Position numbers and translations under genes: made by a program
Source: Vibrio cholerae ATCC 14035
GTDB lineage: Bacteria; Pseudomonadota; Gammaproteobacteria; Enterobacterales; Vibrionaceae
Direction of reading: 5' to 3'
Assembly: GCF_000621645.1 (NCBI RefSeq)
Contig: NZ_JHXR01000011.1
Span: 30,001 to 62,000, forward strand
Length of the DNA: 32,000 bases
Part shown: piece by piece, positions 9,668 through 20,953 of the stretch
Layout: every line of letters starts with the position of its first letter
Numbering within the stretch: position 1 is the stretch's first letter
The notes under the pieces: model-generated
The model's input: the letters and a program-made list of their open reading frames with translations, nothing else
Told to the model about the DNA's origin: nothing
The model's database searches: none

Positions 9668-10984
9668 ATGCGAATTCGCAGTTCATTTACCCAATCGATC
9701 CTGCTGTTTTTCTCTCTGTTGATCGCCAGTCAAATCTATTCTTACTACGCGGTTTTTAACTATGCGTTGCTGCCGAGTTTGCAGCAATTCAACAAAATTC
9801 TTGCCCATGAAATCAGCTTGATGCTCGATGACACCAGTAATCCGAATGTCAGTTCCGAAATGGATGCGTTGCTCAAAAGGCGTGTGCTTGAGCAATTAGG
9901 GGTGACGATTCATAGTAACGACAGCCCCGAAGCGGTCGAATATCAACACGCGATCAGTTTGGATTTGATGAGCGAAGAGATGAGTAGTGAGCTGGGTTCA
10001 CCCACAGAAGTGCGCATGGCGTTGGGCGAAGAGAGCTACATCCTGTGGATGAAGATCGATTCTCTGCCCGGCCAGTTGCTGCGTATTCCACTCTCAGAGC
10101 TGCAGGAAGAAGATTTCGCGCCGCTGTTTCGTAACAGCATTATTATGGCGCTACTGATTGTAATTGGTGGCTGGCTGTTTATTCGTCTGCAAAACCGTCC
10201 ACTGATTGCCTTGGAAAAAGCCGCCAAAATGGTAGGTCGTGGAGAAACGCCACCACATCTACCTGAGCAAGGCACGCTTGAAATCCGCTCGGTAACGCGC
10301 GCGTTTAATCGAATGTCGAAAGGCATTCAAGCACTGGAAGAAGATCGCGCGCTGTTGATGGCGGGGATCAGTCATGATATCCGCACGCCCTTGACTCGAA
10401 TTCGCTTGGCAACCGAGATGATGTCACCAGAAGACAGCTATCTTGCTGAGAGCATCATCAGCGATACCGAAGAGTGTAACCAGATCATCAGCCAATTTAT
10501 GGATTACCTGAAACCCGTCAATCGTGAAGCGTTTGAAGCGGTGGATTTGAATGATATTGCCAGCGATGTGGCAAGCTCTGAAGGGGGCTACGAAGTGCAG
10601 ATTGAAACCGATCTGCAAGCGGAACTCGCGCCCGCTTTTGGTAACCCGATTGCGATTAAGCGTTCACTGAGTAACTTGGTAGTGAATGCGCTGCGCTACG
10701 GCAACGGTTGGGTCAAAGTGAGTAGCGGCATGACGGCCGATAAGAAGCTAGTCTGGCTGTCTGTGGAAGACAATGGGCCGGGTATCGATCCAAGCCAAGT
10801 GAATAAAGTGTTTGAGCCTTTTACTCGTGGGGATACCGCGCGGGGCAGTGAAGGGACGGGCTTAGGGCTGGCGATTGTGAAGCGGATTGTCAGCCAGCAT
10901 CATGGCGCGGTGTCGGTGAGCAACCGTACTCAAGGTGGTCTGCGAGCACAAATCAGTTTCCCAACTAAGCAGCAAAAGGGCTAA
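9668..10984 (+). CDS. envZ: Osmosensor histidine kinase EnvZ, 438 aa
   Basis: The product has two TM segments, a HAMP region, an H-box ([20 protein letters not shown]), an N-box ([13 protein letters not shown]) and G-boxes ([16 protein letters not shown]). It is colinear with E. coli EnvZ. Confidence 0.93.
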   Translation: MRIRSSFTQSILLFFSLLIASQIYSYYAVFNYALLPSLQQFNKILAHEISLMLDDTSNPNVSSEMDALLKRRVLEQLGVTIHSNDSPEAVEYQHAISLDLMSEEMSSELGSPTEVRMALGEESYILWMKIDSLPGQLLRIPLSELQEEDFAPLFRNSIIMALLIVIGGWLFIRLQNRPLIALEKAAKMVGRGETPPHLPEQGTLEIRSVTRAFNRMSKGIQALEEDRALLMAGISHDIRTPLTRIRLATEMMSPEDSYLAESIISDTEECNQIISQFMDYLKPVNREAFEAVDLNDIASDVASSEGGYEVQIETDLQAELAPAFGNPIAIKRSLSNLVVNALRYGNGWVKVSSGMTADKKLVWLSVEDNGPGIDPSQVNKVFEPFTRGDTARGSEGTGLGLAIVKRIVSQHHGAVSVSNRTQGGLRAQISFPTKQQKG

Positions 10985-10997
10985 CCTAAGTTAGCCC
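10974..10997 (-). terminator. Terminator for xanP, overlapping the envZ stop codon
   Basis: An 8-bp stem (gggctaac / gttagccc) with loop ctaa is followed on the minus strand by TTTTG. On the plus strand it is not followed by a T-run. Confidence 0.6.
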
Positions 10998-11008
10998 TGA
11001 TTGAACCG

Positions 11009-12409
11009 TTAGTTTGACTCTTGCGCCGTTTCGGTAACCGAAGCGGCGTTTTCATCTCGGCGTACTTCTGGCAGCAGCAGGTTAAGCACGATGGCGGTAA
11101 TACCACCTGCGGCTACACCTGAAGAGAACAGATTCTTAATAAATTCCGGCATAAACTGCAGAATCTCTGGCTTTTGCGCAATTCCCAAACCCATTGAGAA
11201 GGAGAGCGCCATGATCAGAATCGCACGGCGATCCAAATCGACGCGAGAGATAATGCGCACGCCTGCCGCAGCAATCGTACCAAACATCACAATCGTTGCG
11301 CCGCCAAGCACAGGTTCAGGAATCAACTGTACAAAGCTTGCAACGCCGGGGAAGAGGCCAAGTAGCACCAACATGCCCGCGATAAAGTAACCCACATAAC
11401 GGCTGGCAACGCCGGTTAATAGGATCACGCCGTTGTTTTGGCTAAAGGTGGAGTTTGGAAAGCTGTTAAATACCGCGGCAAGGGCAGAGTTGAGGCCATC
11501 GGCCAATACGCCGCCTTTGATGCGCTTCATATACACAGGGCCTTTCACGGGCTCACCAGAGACTTCGGAGGTCGCCGTGATATCACCAATCGCTTCTAGT
11601 GCCGTGATGAGGAAAATCAGCACCAGAGGAATAAACAGCGACCAGTCAAACCCTAAGCCATATTGCATCGGGATAGGCAGTGCGATGAGTTGAGTCTGTG
11701 CCAAGTTATCGGTATTGACCATGCCCATCAGGTACGCCATTACATAACCTACCAGCATCGCAATCACAATCGAAGCCACTCGCACGTAAGGGTTGTGCGC
11801 TCGGTTCAGCAGCACAATGATCGCCAATACGGTGCCAGCTAGCGCAAGCTTATCGAGGCTACCAAAGCTGCCGTCAGCCATAGCCGCATAACCGCCACCC
11901 ATCGAAATCAATCCGACTTGTACCAGCGTTAGGCCAATCAAGGTCACCACAATCCCAGAGACTAACGGCGTAATCACGCGCTGGGCAAATTGCAGCACGC
12001 GGGACAGTAAAATTTCAGCGCTTGAGGCGACCAAAATCGTACCAAAAATCGCGGCCATCATGGTCTCTATATCTGCACCGCCTGCTTTGAGCGCAAGTCC
12101 AGCACCAATAATGGGGCCTAAAAAGTTAAAGCTGGTGCCTTGAATGGAAAGCAAACCTGAGCCAATTGGGCCAAAGGTACGGATTTGAATGAAGGATGAC
12201 AAACCCGAAGCAAACAGTGACATGCTGATAATGGTATTGGTTTGATCGGCAGGTACACCAAGGGATTGGCAAATGATCAGCGATGGGGTGATCACGGCGA
12301 CAAACATCGCCAGCAGATGTTGCAAGGCTGCGAAGAGAGTTTGAGGCAAAGGGGGACGATCATTGAGTTGATAGACCAGATCTGCCTTACGTGAAGTCGG
12401 TTGTATCAT
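11009..12409 (-). CDS. xanP: NCS2-family xanthine permease (XanP-like), 466 aa
   Basis: The product is colinear with E. coli XanP/YicE as I recall it ([60 protein letters not shown]). ATG 12409 has AGGAAA upstream, and I preferred it over the TTG at 12430. Confidence 0.85.
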   Translation of the reverse strand: MIQPTSRKADLVYQLNDRPPLPQTLFAALQHLLAMFVAVITPSLIICQSLGVPADQTNTIISMSLFASGLSSFIQIRTFGPIGSGLLSIQGTSFNFLGPIIGAGLALKAGGADIETMMAAIFGTILVASSAEILLSRVLQFAQRVITPLVSGIVVTLIGLTLVQVGLISMGGGYAAMADGSFGSLDKLALAGTVLAIIVLLNRAHNPYVRVASIVIAMLVGYVMAYLMGMVNTDNLAQTQLIALPIPMQYGLGFDWSLFIPLVLIFLITALEAIGDITATSEVSGEPVKGPVYMKRIKGGVLADGLNSALAAVFNSFPNSTFSQNNGVILLTGVASRYVGYFIAGMLVLLGLFPGVASFVQLIPEPVLGGATIVMFGTIAAAGVRIISRVDLDRRAILIMALSFSMGLGIAQKPEILQFMPEFIKNLFSSGVAAGGITAIVLNLLLPEVRRDENAASVTETAQESN

Positions 12410-12493
12410 AGCGATTTTCCTGATGGTCAATTACACCTTGCACACGCTGAATGGGTGGTTAAGGTGGAGCAGAAGCCGCTTCTGTGATTGCTG

Positions 12494-12623
12494 TTATCCC
12501 CTTCCTACTTGAAGCTGCAGCGGTGTTGGCTCCGTTCGTTCACCCCAATCACATAGTTTGTCTATGCTCATGGGGATGAACTCACTTGCCGCCTACCTGC
12601 AACTCCAAGTCGTTTGGGTATAA
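12494..12623. repeat. Full-length ERIC-like (IRU-type) intergenic repeat, about 130 bp
   Basis: The element matches the enterobacterial ERIC consensus as I recall it (..CTTGAAGCTGCAG..GTTCACCCCAATCAC..CATGGGGATGAACTCACTTGCCGCCTACCTGCAACTC..). The terminal inverted repeats are TTATCCCC / GGGTATAA. The whole element is an imperfect palindrome. Confidence 0.8.
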
Positions 12624-12645
12624 TCAGACTCTGCTCTGGGTAGAG

Positions 12646-12661
12646 AGGTAAACGTTTGCGC
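12646..12661. promoter_or_regulatory. PurR box (distal from recG; downstream of the predicted xanP TSS)
   Basis: AGGTAAACGTTTGCGC compared with the E. coli PurR operator consensus ACGCAAACGTTTGCGT. The right half is essentially perfect and the left half has 2 mismatches. Confidence 0.6.
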
Positions 12662-12680
12662 TTACCGGAAAATGGCGGCG

Positions 12681-12708
12681 ATTATAGAGGTTTTACTCAG
12701 GAAAGCAA
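12681..12708 (-). promoter_or_regulatory. Sigma70-type promoter reading toward xanP
   Basis: On the minus strand, TTGCTT (plus 12703-12708) is followed by a 16-nt spacer and a perfect TATAAT (plus 12681-12686). The -35 is overlapped by a PurR box. Confidence 0.5.
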
Positions 12709-12718
12709 ACGTTTGCTT
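12703..12718. promoter_or_regulatory. PurR box overlapping the -35 of the xanP promoter
   Basis: AAGCAAACGTTTGCTT is a perfect 16-bp palindrome. It matches the PurR consensus core GCAAACGTTTGC exactly. Confidence 0.7.
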
Positions 12719-12753
12719 GTGGGGTTTTAGACCGAATTGATGAGGATCAAAAA

Positions 12754-14832
12754 CTAAGCTTTGGCGTAAATATCACGTTCGCCTAACCAGCGGTCGATGA
12801 TGGCTTGTGCATTTTGTGGGTAGCGTTCATGGATATGTCGCGCGATGCGTTGCACTTGCGGAACCAGTTGCTGATCGCGTACCAGATCGGCAATTTTGAA
12901 ATCGGCTAAGCCGGTTTGTTTGGTGCCCAGTAGCTCTCCGGGGCCACGAATTTCCAAGTCGCGCTGCGCGATGACAAATCCATCGTTGCTTTCACGCAAA
13001 ACGCCCAAACGCTTTTGCGCGGTTTTGGAGAGTGGTGCATGAAACAGCAGCACACAATGGCTGGCTACGGTACCACGCCCAACACGGCCGCGTAGCTGGT
13101 GAAGTTGAGCTAGCCCCAAACGCTCGGGGTTTTCAATGATCATCAAGCTGGCATTAGGCACATCCACGCCCACTTCAATCACTGTGGTGGCGACGAGCAG
13201 ATGCAGCTCATTGTTTTTAAACGCCTGCATTACCGCTTGTTTTTCGGCGGGTTTCATCCGGCCATGCACTAAGCCGATTTTGACTTCGGGCAGTTTACGT
13301 TGCAGTTCCTCGGCCGTTTCTGCGGCCGCTTGCGCTTCCAGCACTTCGGATTCATCAATCAAAGTACACACCCAATACGCTTGCTTGCCTTCGTTGAGGC
13401 AGGCGTGGCGAATGCGCTCGACAATCTCATCGCGTTTGGTATCCGGAATCGCTACGGTTTGAATCGGAGTACGCCCGGGGGGTAACTCATCAATCACTGA
13501 GGTTTCCAAATCGGCATAAGCCGTCATCGCCAAAGTACGCGGGATCGGAGTAGCAGTCATAATGAGCTGATGCGGGTACGCGCCTTGTTTTGCGCCTTTC
13601 TCGCGCAGCTCTAAACGCTGATGTACCCCGAAGCGATGCTGCTCATCAATAATGACCAAGGCAAGATGGTCAAACGACACTTGCTCTTGAAACAGAGCAT
13701 GGGTGCCAACCACCATTTTCACTTCGCCACTGGCGATGCGTGCCAGCTCCGTTTCCCGCGCTTTGCCTTTGAGCTTACCCGCGAGCCAGCCGACTTGAAT
13801 GCCCATCGGCTCTAGCCACTGCGCAAAATTGAGCGCGTGCTGCTCGGCCAGTAGCTCGGTAGGAGCCATCAAGGCTACTTGATAGCCATGCTCAATCGCC
13901 CGCACTGCCGCAAGCGCTGCGACTAAGGTTTTGCCTGAGCCGACATCGCCTTGCACTAAGCGCATCATTGGGTGCGGCTTGGCTAAATCGGCTTCGATTT
14001 CGGCAACCACGCGCTGCTGCGCCTTAGTCGGTGAAAAGGGAAGCTGTGCTAAGAGTTGTTGTTTGAGTTGGTGGACGGGTGCCAGTGGCAAGGCCACATC
14101 TTGCTGGCCTTGACTGCGAATCGCGAGCATAGAGAGATTTTGCGCCAGCAGCTCTTCCATGATCAGCCGAATTTGCGCCGGATGTCGCCCTTGTTCAAAC
14201 AGGCGCAAATCGATATCCGCCGATGGGCGATGAATGATCTTCAGCGCTTGGGCTAAGGTCATCTGCTGATCGTAAAGTCCGGATGGCAGTAACTCCTGCA
14301 CCGCAGATTTTTCCAGTAGCACCAACGCTTGGTCAGTCAAATTACGTAGGGTGAGTTGGCGCAGTCCTTCAGTGGTTGGGTAAACCGGAGTCAGGTTTGG
14401 CTCAACATCGGGCGTTTGTGCAGGGGTAAAGAATTTGTAGTCAGGATGGATGATCTCTAAGCCTTGATTACCGCGTTTGATTTCCCCATAGGCATGCACA
14501 AATTTGCCTTCCGCAAAGTTGTTTTTCATCGCCGCGGTGAAGTTAAAAAAACGCAGTGTCAGTGTACCGTTGCCATCACTGATTTTCACGGTGAGCATTT
14601 TGCGTTTGCCAAACAGGGTATCCACTGCCATCACTTTGCCTTGTACCGCGGCCCATAAACCGTGGTGCAGTTGCACTATCGGATAAACGCGAGTGCGATC
14701 TTCATAACGCAGTGGAAGATGAAACAGCAGATCCTGCACCGTGTGCAAACCGACTTTCTCCAGTTTTTCGGCGACTTTGGCCCCGACACCGGAGAGTTCA
14801 CAAAGAGGAACGGCTGAAAGGAGTTGTGACAT
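12754..14832 (-). CDS. recG: ATP-dependent DNA helicase RecG, 692 aa
   Basis: The product has an N-terminal wedge domain, Walker A (GDVGSGKT), a DEQH box (IIDEQHRFGV) and helicase motif VI (QLHQLRGRVGRG). It occupies the terminal position of the spoT operon. Confidence 0.95.
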   Translation of the reverse strand: MSQLLSAVPLCELSGVGAKVAEKLEKVGLHTVQDLLFHLPLRYEDRTRVYPIVQLHHGLWAAVQGKVMAVDTLFGKRKMLTVKISDGNGTLTLRFFNFTAAMKNNFAEGKFVHAYGEIKRGNQGLEIIHPDYKFFTPAQTPDVEPNLTPVYPTTEGLRQLTLRNLTDQALVLLEKSAVQELLPSGLYDQQMTLAQALKIIHRPSADIDLRLFEQGRHPAQIRLIMEELLAQNLSMLAIRSQGQQDVALPLAPVHQLKQQLLAQLPFSPTKAQQRVVAEIEADLAKPHPMMRLVQGDVGSGKTLVAALAAVRAIEHGYQVALMAPTELLAEQHALNFAQWLEPMGIQVGWLAGKLKGKARETELARIASGEVKMVVGTHALFQEQVSFDHLALVIIDEQHRFGVHQRLELREKGAKQGAYPHQLIMTATPIPRTLAMTAYADLETSVIDELPPGRTPIQTVAIPDTKRDEIVERIRHACLNEGKQAYWVCTLIDESEVLEAQAAAETAEELQRKLPEVKIGLVHGRMKPAEKQAVMQAFKNNELHLLVATTVIEVGVDVPNASLMIIENPERLGLAQLHQLRGRVGRGTVASHCVLLFHAPLSKTAQKRLGVLRESNDGFVIAQRDLEIRGPGELLGTKQTGLADFKIADLVRDQQLVPQVQRIARHIHERYPQNAQAIIDRWLGERDIYAKA

Positions 14833-14913
14833 GCGCGTTTGATCTAACCATTTGACTTAATGGCTATTCAAACATCGAGCTGTGTTTTTGTACAGGAAAA
14901 ATTGCCCAAGATA

Positions 14914-14939
14914 GGGGGTGAAACGCAGGTTTCACCCTC
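14914..14939 (-). terminator. Hairpin between spoT and recG (possible partial terminator or processing site)
   Basis: A 9-bp stem (gggtgaaac / gtttcaccc) with a 4-nt loop lies 12 nt after the spoT stop. The sequence that follows on the minus strand is only moderately T-rich. Confidence 0.35.
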
Positions 14940-14950
14940 GCTGGTGTTGT

Positions 14951-17068
14951 TCAGTTCTTACGGCGGCGCACTTTAAGCGCGTGGGGCATGGTGCGAATTT
15001 TGCGCATGATGCCAGCTAAATGCACCCGATCTTTGGTGGTGAGCAGAACGGTGACTGTGTACAAGCGACCATCGCGCTCTTCCGTTGACAGGCCATGAAT
15101 ATTCGAGCCCGTTTTGGAGATCACATTGGTCAGTTCAGCCAATGCACCTTGGCGGTTGTGCATATCCACTTTCAGCTCAGTAATGAACTCTTGATCGTAA
15201 TCTTTAGTCCATTCCACCGCCATGTACTTGTCTGGCTCTTTTTGATAGCCGCGTACGTTTGGACAGGTTTCACGGTGTACCACTAAGCCACGTCCCGGTG
15301 AAACGTGAGCGATGATGTGATCGTCAGGAATGGGGTGACAACAGTTGGCAAAGGTGAGCAGAATGCCTTCTGCGCCGCGGATCGGCAGTTTATTTTTATT
15401 GCCGCCGGATTTGCTAGGCTCGGTCAGTTCATCAGCATTGCCAAGTAGGCGGCGTGCAATCACGATACTCATCAACTCACCCAAACCAATCGCGGCCAGT
15501 AAATCATCCATCGAGGCGATTTTTAGATCGCTCAAGACTTTGCTGATGTTCTCTGGGGCAATTTCGTTAACCGAGTGTTCGCCAAGCGCATGGTTAAGCA
15601 GGCGACGACCGAGAGTAATTGAGTCTTCGCGACGCATCGTCTTCAGCACTTGGCGGATTTTGGTACGCGCGCGCGAAGTCACCACATAGTTGAGCCATGC
15701 TGCATTCGGACGTGCGCCCGGCGCGCTGATGATCTCCACCGTCTGGCCACTTTTCAGCGATTGGCTGAGCGGGTATGGCGTGCGATCGACTCGCGCGCCG
15801 ACGCAGGTATTACCGATGTCGGTATGTACCGCGTAAGCAAAATCGACGGCAGTTGCGCCCATTGGCAGCTCAACGATACGGCCTTTGGGAGTGAATACGT
15901 AAATCTCATCTGGGAACAGATCGGATTTGACGTTTTCGATAAATTCAAAGGAGTTACCGGCACTTTGCTGTAACTCGAGCAAGCTTTGCATCCAGCGCTG
16001 GGCTTTAATCTGCGCGGTAGTGCCACCTCGTTCACTATTGGCTTTGTACGACCAATGGGCTGCCACCCCTTTATCCGCCATCTGATCCATATCTTCGGTA
16101 CGGATCTGCACTTCAACTGGAACGCCGTGGGGGCCAACCATGGAAGTGTGCAGCGATTGATAGCCGTTGGCTTTCGGGACGGCAATGTAATCTTTCATCC
16201 GCGCTGGGCGCGGCTTGTACAAGCTATGCACCTGACCCAACACGCGATAGCAGGTATCTGCGGTATCCACCACAATCCGAAACGCGTAAATATCCATAAT
16301 GGTGTGAAAGCGCTGCTCTTTGGTTTTCATCTTGTTGTAGATGGAGAACAGGTTTTTCTCACGACCCACCACGCGAGCCGGCAGCCCCACTTCTTGTAAG
16401 CGGCCTTCGATTTCACTGTGGATGCGTTGGATCATCTCTTTGCGGTTACCGCGCGCGGCTTTCACCACCTCTTTAAGGACGCGATAACGATTCGGGTAGA
16501 GCGCTTCAAAGCCTAACTCTTCGAGTTCGGTTTTGATGTTATGGATACCCAAACGATGGGCGAGGGGAGCATAAATTTCTAAGGTTTCACGGGCAATGCG
16601 GCGTTTTTTGTCCGGACGCAGTGCACCGAGGGTGCGCATGTTGTGCGTGCGGTCGGCCAGTTTGATTAGGATAACCCGAATATCCTGCACCATGGCCAGC
16701 ACCATTTTGCGAAAGTTTTCCGCCTGCGCCTCTTTGCGATCGCGAAATTTGAGCTTATCGAGCTTAGACACCCCGTCCACCAACTCGGCGACTGAGCTGC
16801 CAAAATGGGCATCTAAGTCTTCTTTGGTGACATCACAATCTTCAATCACATCATGCAGCAGTGCCGCTTGTAGCGTTTCTAGGTCGAGACGCATCTCGGC
16901 GAGAATTCGCGCGACGGCAACAGGGTGAATGATATAAGGTTCGCCGCTTGAGCGGGTTTGCCCTTCATGGGCATCTCTGGCTACCACATAAGATTGGCGC
17001 AGAGCCTCAATTTGAGGCTCTGTGAGGTATTCTTGGGCAACGTCTTTTAGACTATCGAATAGATACAA
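14951..17068 (-). CDS. spoT: Bifunctional (p)ppGpp synthetase/hydrolase SpoT, 705 aa
   Basis: The start is TTG, as in E. coli spoT. The product has the N-terminus MYLFDSLK, an HD domain (HPVAVARILAEM, LLHDVIEDC), a RelA/SpoT synthetase domain, and TGS and ACT regions. Confidence 0.95.
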   Translation of the reverse strand: MYLFDSLKDVAQEYLTEPQIEALRQSYVVARDAHEGQTRSSGEPYIIHPVAVARILAEMRLDLETLQAALLHDVIEDCDVTKEDLDAHFGSSVAELVDGVSKLDKLKFRDRKEAQAENFRKMVLAMVQDIRVILIKLADRTHNMRTLGALRPDKKRRIARETLEIYAPLAHRLGIHNIKTELEELGFEALYPNRYRVLKEVVKAARGNRKEMIQRIHSEIEGRLQEVGLPARVVGREKNLFSIYNKMKTKEQRFHTIMDIYAFRIVVDTADTCYRVLGQVHSLYKPRPARMKDYIAVPKANGYQSLHTSMVGPHGVPVEVQIRTEDMDQMADKGVAAHWSYKANSERGGTTAQIKAQRWMQSLLELQQSAGNSFEFIENVKSDLFPDEIYVFTPKGRIVELPMGATAVDFAYAVHTDIGNTCVGARVDRTPYPLSQSLKSGQTVEIISAPGARPNAAWLNYVVTSRARTKIRQVLKTMRREDSITLGRRLLNHALGEHSVNEIAPENISKVLSDLKIASMDDLLAAIGLGELMSIVIARRLLGNADELTEPSKSGGNKNKLPIRGAEGILLTFANCCHPIPDDHIIAHVSPGRGLVVHRETCPNVRGYQKEPDKYMAVEWTKDYDQEFITELKVDMHNRQGALAELTNVISKTGSNIHGLSTEERDGRLYTVTVLLTTKDRVHLAGIMRKIRTMPHALKVRRRKN

Positions 17069-17099
17069 ATTTCAGGCCCGGCGGGTTAAATCGCTACGA

Positions 17100-17372
17100 T
17101 TAACGGTTGTGCATGATGCTGCTAACTGCAGCCAGCTCTGCCGCTTCTTGTTCTTGCTGCTCTTGACGCTCACGCGCATCCAGCACATCTTTCGTGATCA
17201 GCCCTTCTTCGATTTCGCGCAGAGCGATAACCGTTGGCTTATCGTTCTCTTCCGGCACCAATGCATCTTTACCGCCAGATTGCATTTGACGAGCGCGGCG
17301 AGCCGCAACCAGAACTAAGTCGAAACGGTTGCCAATTTTTTCAACAGCGTCTTGAACTGTTACGCGTGCCAT
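17100..17372 (-). CDS. rpoZ: RNA polymerase omega subunit RpoZ, 90 aa
   Basis: The N-terminus [30 protein letters not shown] is identical to E. coli RpoZ as I recall it. Confidence 0.95.
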
Positions 17373-17479
17373 GAGAACTCCAAAATTTAGTTAACTGATA
17401 AGTTGAATGACGAGAAAGTATACAGGCTAACCGGTTGAGATTCTAGCAACGGGATAGACTGATAACCCAAGCTGGCTGT

Positions 17480-19142
<1,663 letters not shown>

Positions 19143-19176
19143 TTAAACCAAGCGCGACACGGTCGCCGCGGCGAGG

Positions 19177-19210
19177 AAAAACAAAGCCCGAGAGAAGTCT
19201 CGGGCTTTTC
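19177..19210. terminator. Bidirectional terminator (yhhQ / SSS transporter)
   Basis: A 9-bp stem (agcccgaga / tctcgggct) with loop gaag is flanked by an A-rich run upstream and TTTTC downstream. It lies between convergent genes. Confidence 0.8.
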
Positions 19211-19239
19211 ACATTTAGGATTGAGTAGTCAGTATTAAC

Positions 19240-20943
19240 TTAGTGGCTGTGTGCCGCGCCAGCACCTTTTGGATAGCGGATAGATTCCACCATATCCTGC
19301 ACATCTTGTGGTACTTCAGCGGTGAATTTGTTAACCACAATCGCCACCACAAAGTTCAAGCACATACCGAGTGTACCAATGCCCTCTGGGCTGATACCGA
19401 ACCACCAGTTGGCGGGAACGCTCGCGGCTGGGTTAATGAACTTGAAGTAGATGATGTAAGCTGCAGTAAAGGTGATCCCTGCCAACATACCTATGATCGC
19501 CCCTTCTTTGTTCATCTTCTTATAGAAGATGCCAAGGATGATCGCTGGGAAGAAGGAGGCTGCAGCCAGACCGAAGGCGAAGGCCACCACCTGAGCGACG
19601 AATCCCGGAGGATTGATGCCCAGATAACCCGCGCCAACGATGGCGAGTGCGGCGGCAATCCGCGCGGCGAGCAACTCCTGCTTATCGGTCATATCGGGTT
19701 TAAACCCTTTCTTCAACAAGTCATGAGAAATCGCGGTTGAGATAACCAGTAGCAGACCCGCTGCGGTAGAGAGTGCGGCGGCAAGGCCACCTGCTGCCAG
19801 TAGAGCCACAACCCAGTTCGGCAGTTTGGCGATTTCAGGTGAAGCCAGAACGATGATGTCGTTGTTGATGGTCATCTCGTTACGCGCATCGCCTGAGTAG
19901 AACATACGTCCATCGCCGTTTTTATCTTCCCATTTGACAAGGCCCGTGCTTTCCCAGTTGCGATACCAAGTCGGTGCTTCAGCAGCCGTCACACCTTGCA
20001 TGTCTGGACCGTTGATGGTGTCAATCATGTTGACGCGAGCAAAGGCTGCTACTGCAGGTGCAGTGGTGTACAAGAATGCGATAAACACTAACGCCCAACC
20101 AGCAGAGACACGTGCATCTGACACTTTAGGTACAGTGAAGAAGCGGATAATAACGTGAGGTAGACCTGCTGTACCCACCATCAATGCTGCGCAGATAAAG
20201 AAGACGTCAACCATACTCTTTGAGCCATCCGTATAGGCGGTAAAGCCCAGTTCCACGGCGAGGCCATCTAACTTATTGAGGAGATAGTCATCGGTTCCTG
20301 TCAGGGTTGAACCAAAACCAATTTGTGGAATGGGGTTCCCTGTCATCATCAGTGAAGTAAAGATCGCAGGCACCAAGAAGGCGAAGATCAGTACACAGTA
20401 TTGTGCTACTTGGGTATAGGTGATGCCCTTCATGCCGCCCATTACCGCGTAGAAGAACACGATCGCCATACCGATCACGATACCGACGTTGATGTCAACT
20501 TCAAGGAAGCGCGCAAACACCACGCCGACACCGCGCATTTGTCCCGCCACATAAGTGAACGAAATAAAGATGGCACAGAATACGGCAACCATACGCGCGG
20601 TTCTGGAGTAGTAACGGTCTCCGATAAAATCCGGCACGGTAAATTTACCGAATTTACGTAGGTAAGGAGCAAGGCAAAGTGCAAGCAGCACATAACCGCC
20701 CGTCCAACCCATCAGGTAAACGGTGCCGTCATAGCCGATAAAAGAGATGATGCCTGCCATTGAGATGAAGGAAGCCGCTGACATCCAGTCGGCAGCGGTA
20801 GCCATGCCGTTGGCGACAGGGTGTACACCACCGCCCGCAACATAGAATTCACTGGTCGATCCCGCACGCGCCCAAATCGCAATACCGATATAGAGCGCAA
20901 AAGTGATGCCGACCAGAATAAACGTCCAGGTTTGAATATCCAT
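19240..20943 (-). CDS. Sodium:solute symporter, large subunit of the DUF4212-associated (VC2705-type) subfamily, 567 aa
   Basis: The product has SSS-family sequence related to ActP (EFYVAGGGVHPVANGMATAADWMSAASFISMAG) and many TM segments. ATG 20943 lies 10 nt after the stop of the small-subunit gene, with an AAGGGG SD. Confidence 0.85.
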   Translation of the reverse strand: MDIQTWTFILVGITFALYIGIAIWARAGSTSEFYVAGGGVHPVANGMATAADWMSAASFISMAGIISFIGYDGTVYLMGWTGGYVLLALCLAPYLRKFGKFTVPDFIGDRYYSRTARMVAVFCAIFISFTYVAGQMRGVGVVFARFLEVDINVGIVIGMAIVFFYAVMGGMKGITYTQVAQYCVLIFAFLVPAIFTSLMMTGNPIPQIGFGSTLTGTDDYLLNKLDGLAVELGFTAYTDGSKSMVDVFFICAALMVGTAGLPHVIIRFFTVPKVSDARVSAGWALVFIAFLYTTAPAVAAFARVNMIDTINGPDMQGVTAAEAPTWYRNWESTGLVKWEDKNGDGRMFYSGDARNEMTINNDIIVLASPEIAKLPNWVVALLAAGGLAAALSTAAGLLLVISTAISHDLLKKGFKPDMTDKQELLAARIAAALAIVGAGYLGINPPGFVAQVVAFAFGLAAASFFPAIILGIFYKKMNKEGAIIGMLAGITFTAAYIIYFKFINPAASVPANWWFGISPEGIGTLGMCLNFVVAIVVNKFTAEVPQDVQDMVESIRYPKGAGAAHSH

Positions 20944-20953
20944 GCTCAGCCCC

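Noticed and set aside
12619-12624. Plus-strand TATAAT inside the right end of the ERIC-like element.
   Set aside because: No acceptable -35 lies at 16-18 nt. It would drive transcription antisense into the recG 3' end. It is probably a by-product of the element's terminal repeat (GGGTATAA).
15986-16399. Long ORFs antisense to, or out of frame with, real genes. Examples are 1504-1875(+), 2687-3052(+), 9179-9529(-), 15754-16185(-), 15986-16399(+), 19243-19740(+), 21781-22248(-), 22622-22963(-) and 27386-27817(+).
   Set aside because: Each lies entirely inside a confidently identified gene. Their products are Arg/Ser/Ala/Pro-rich nonsense without motifs, and none has a start context. Such shadow ORFs are expected opposite genes with this codon bias.
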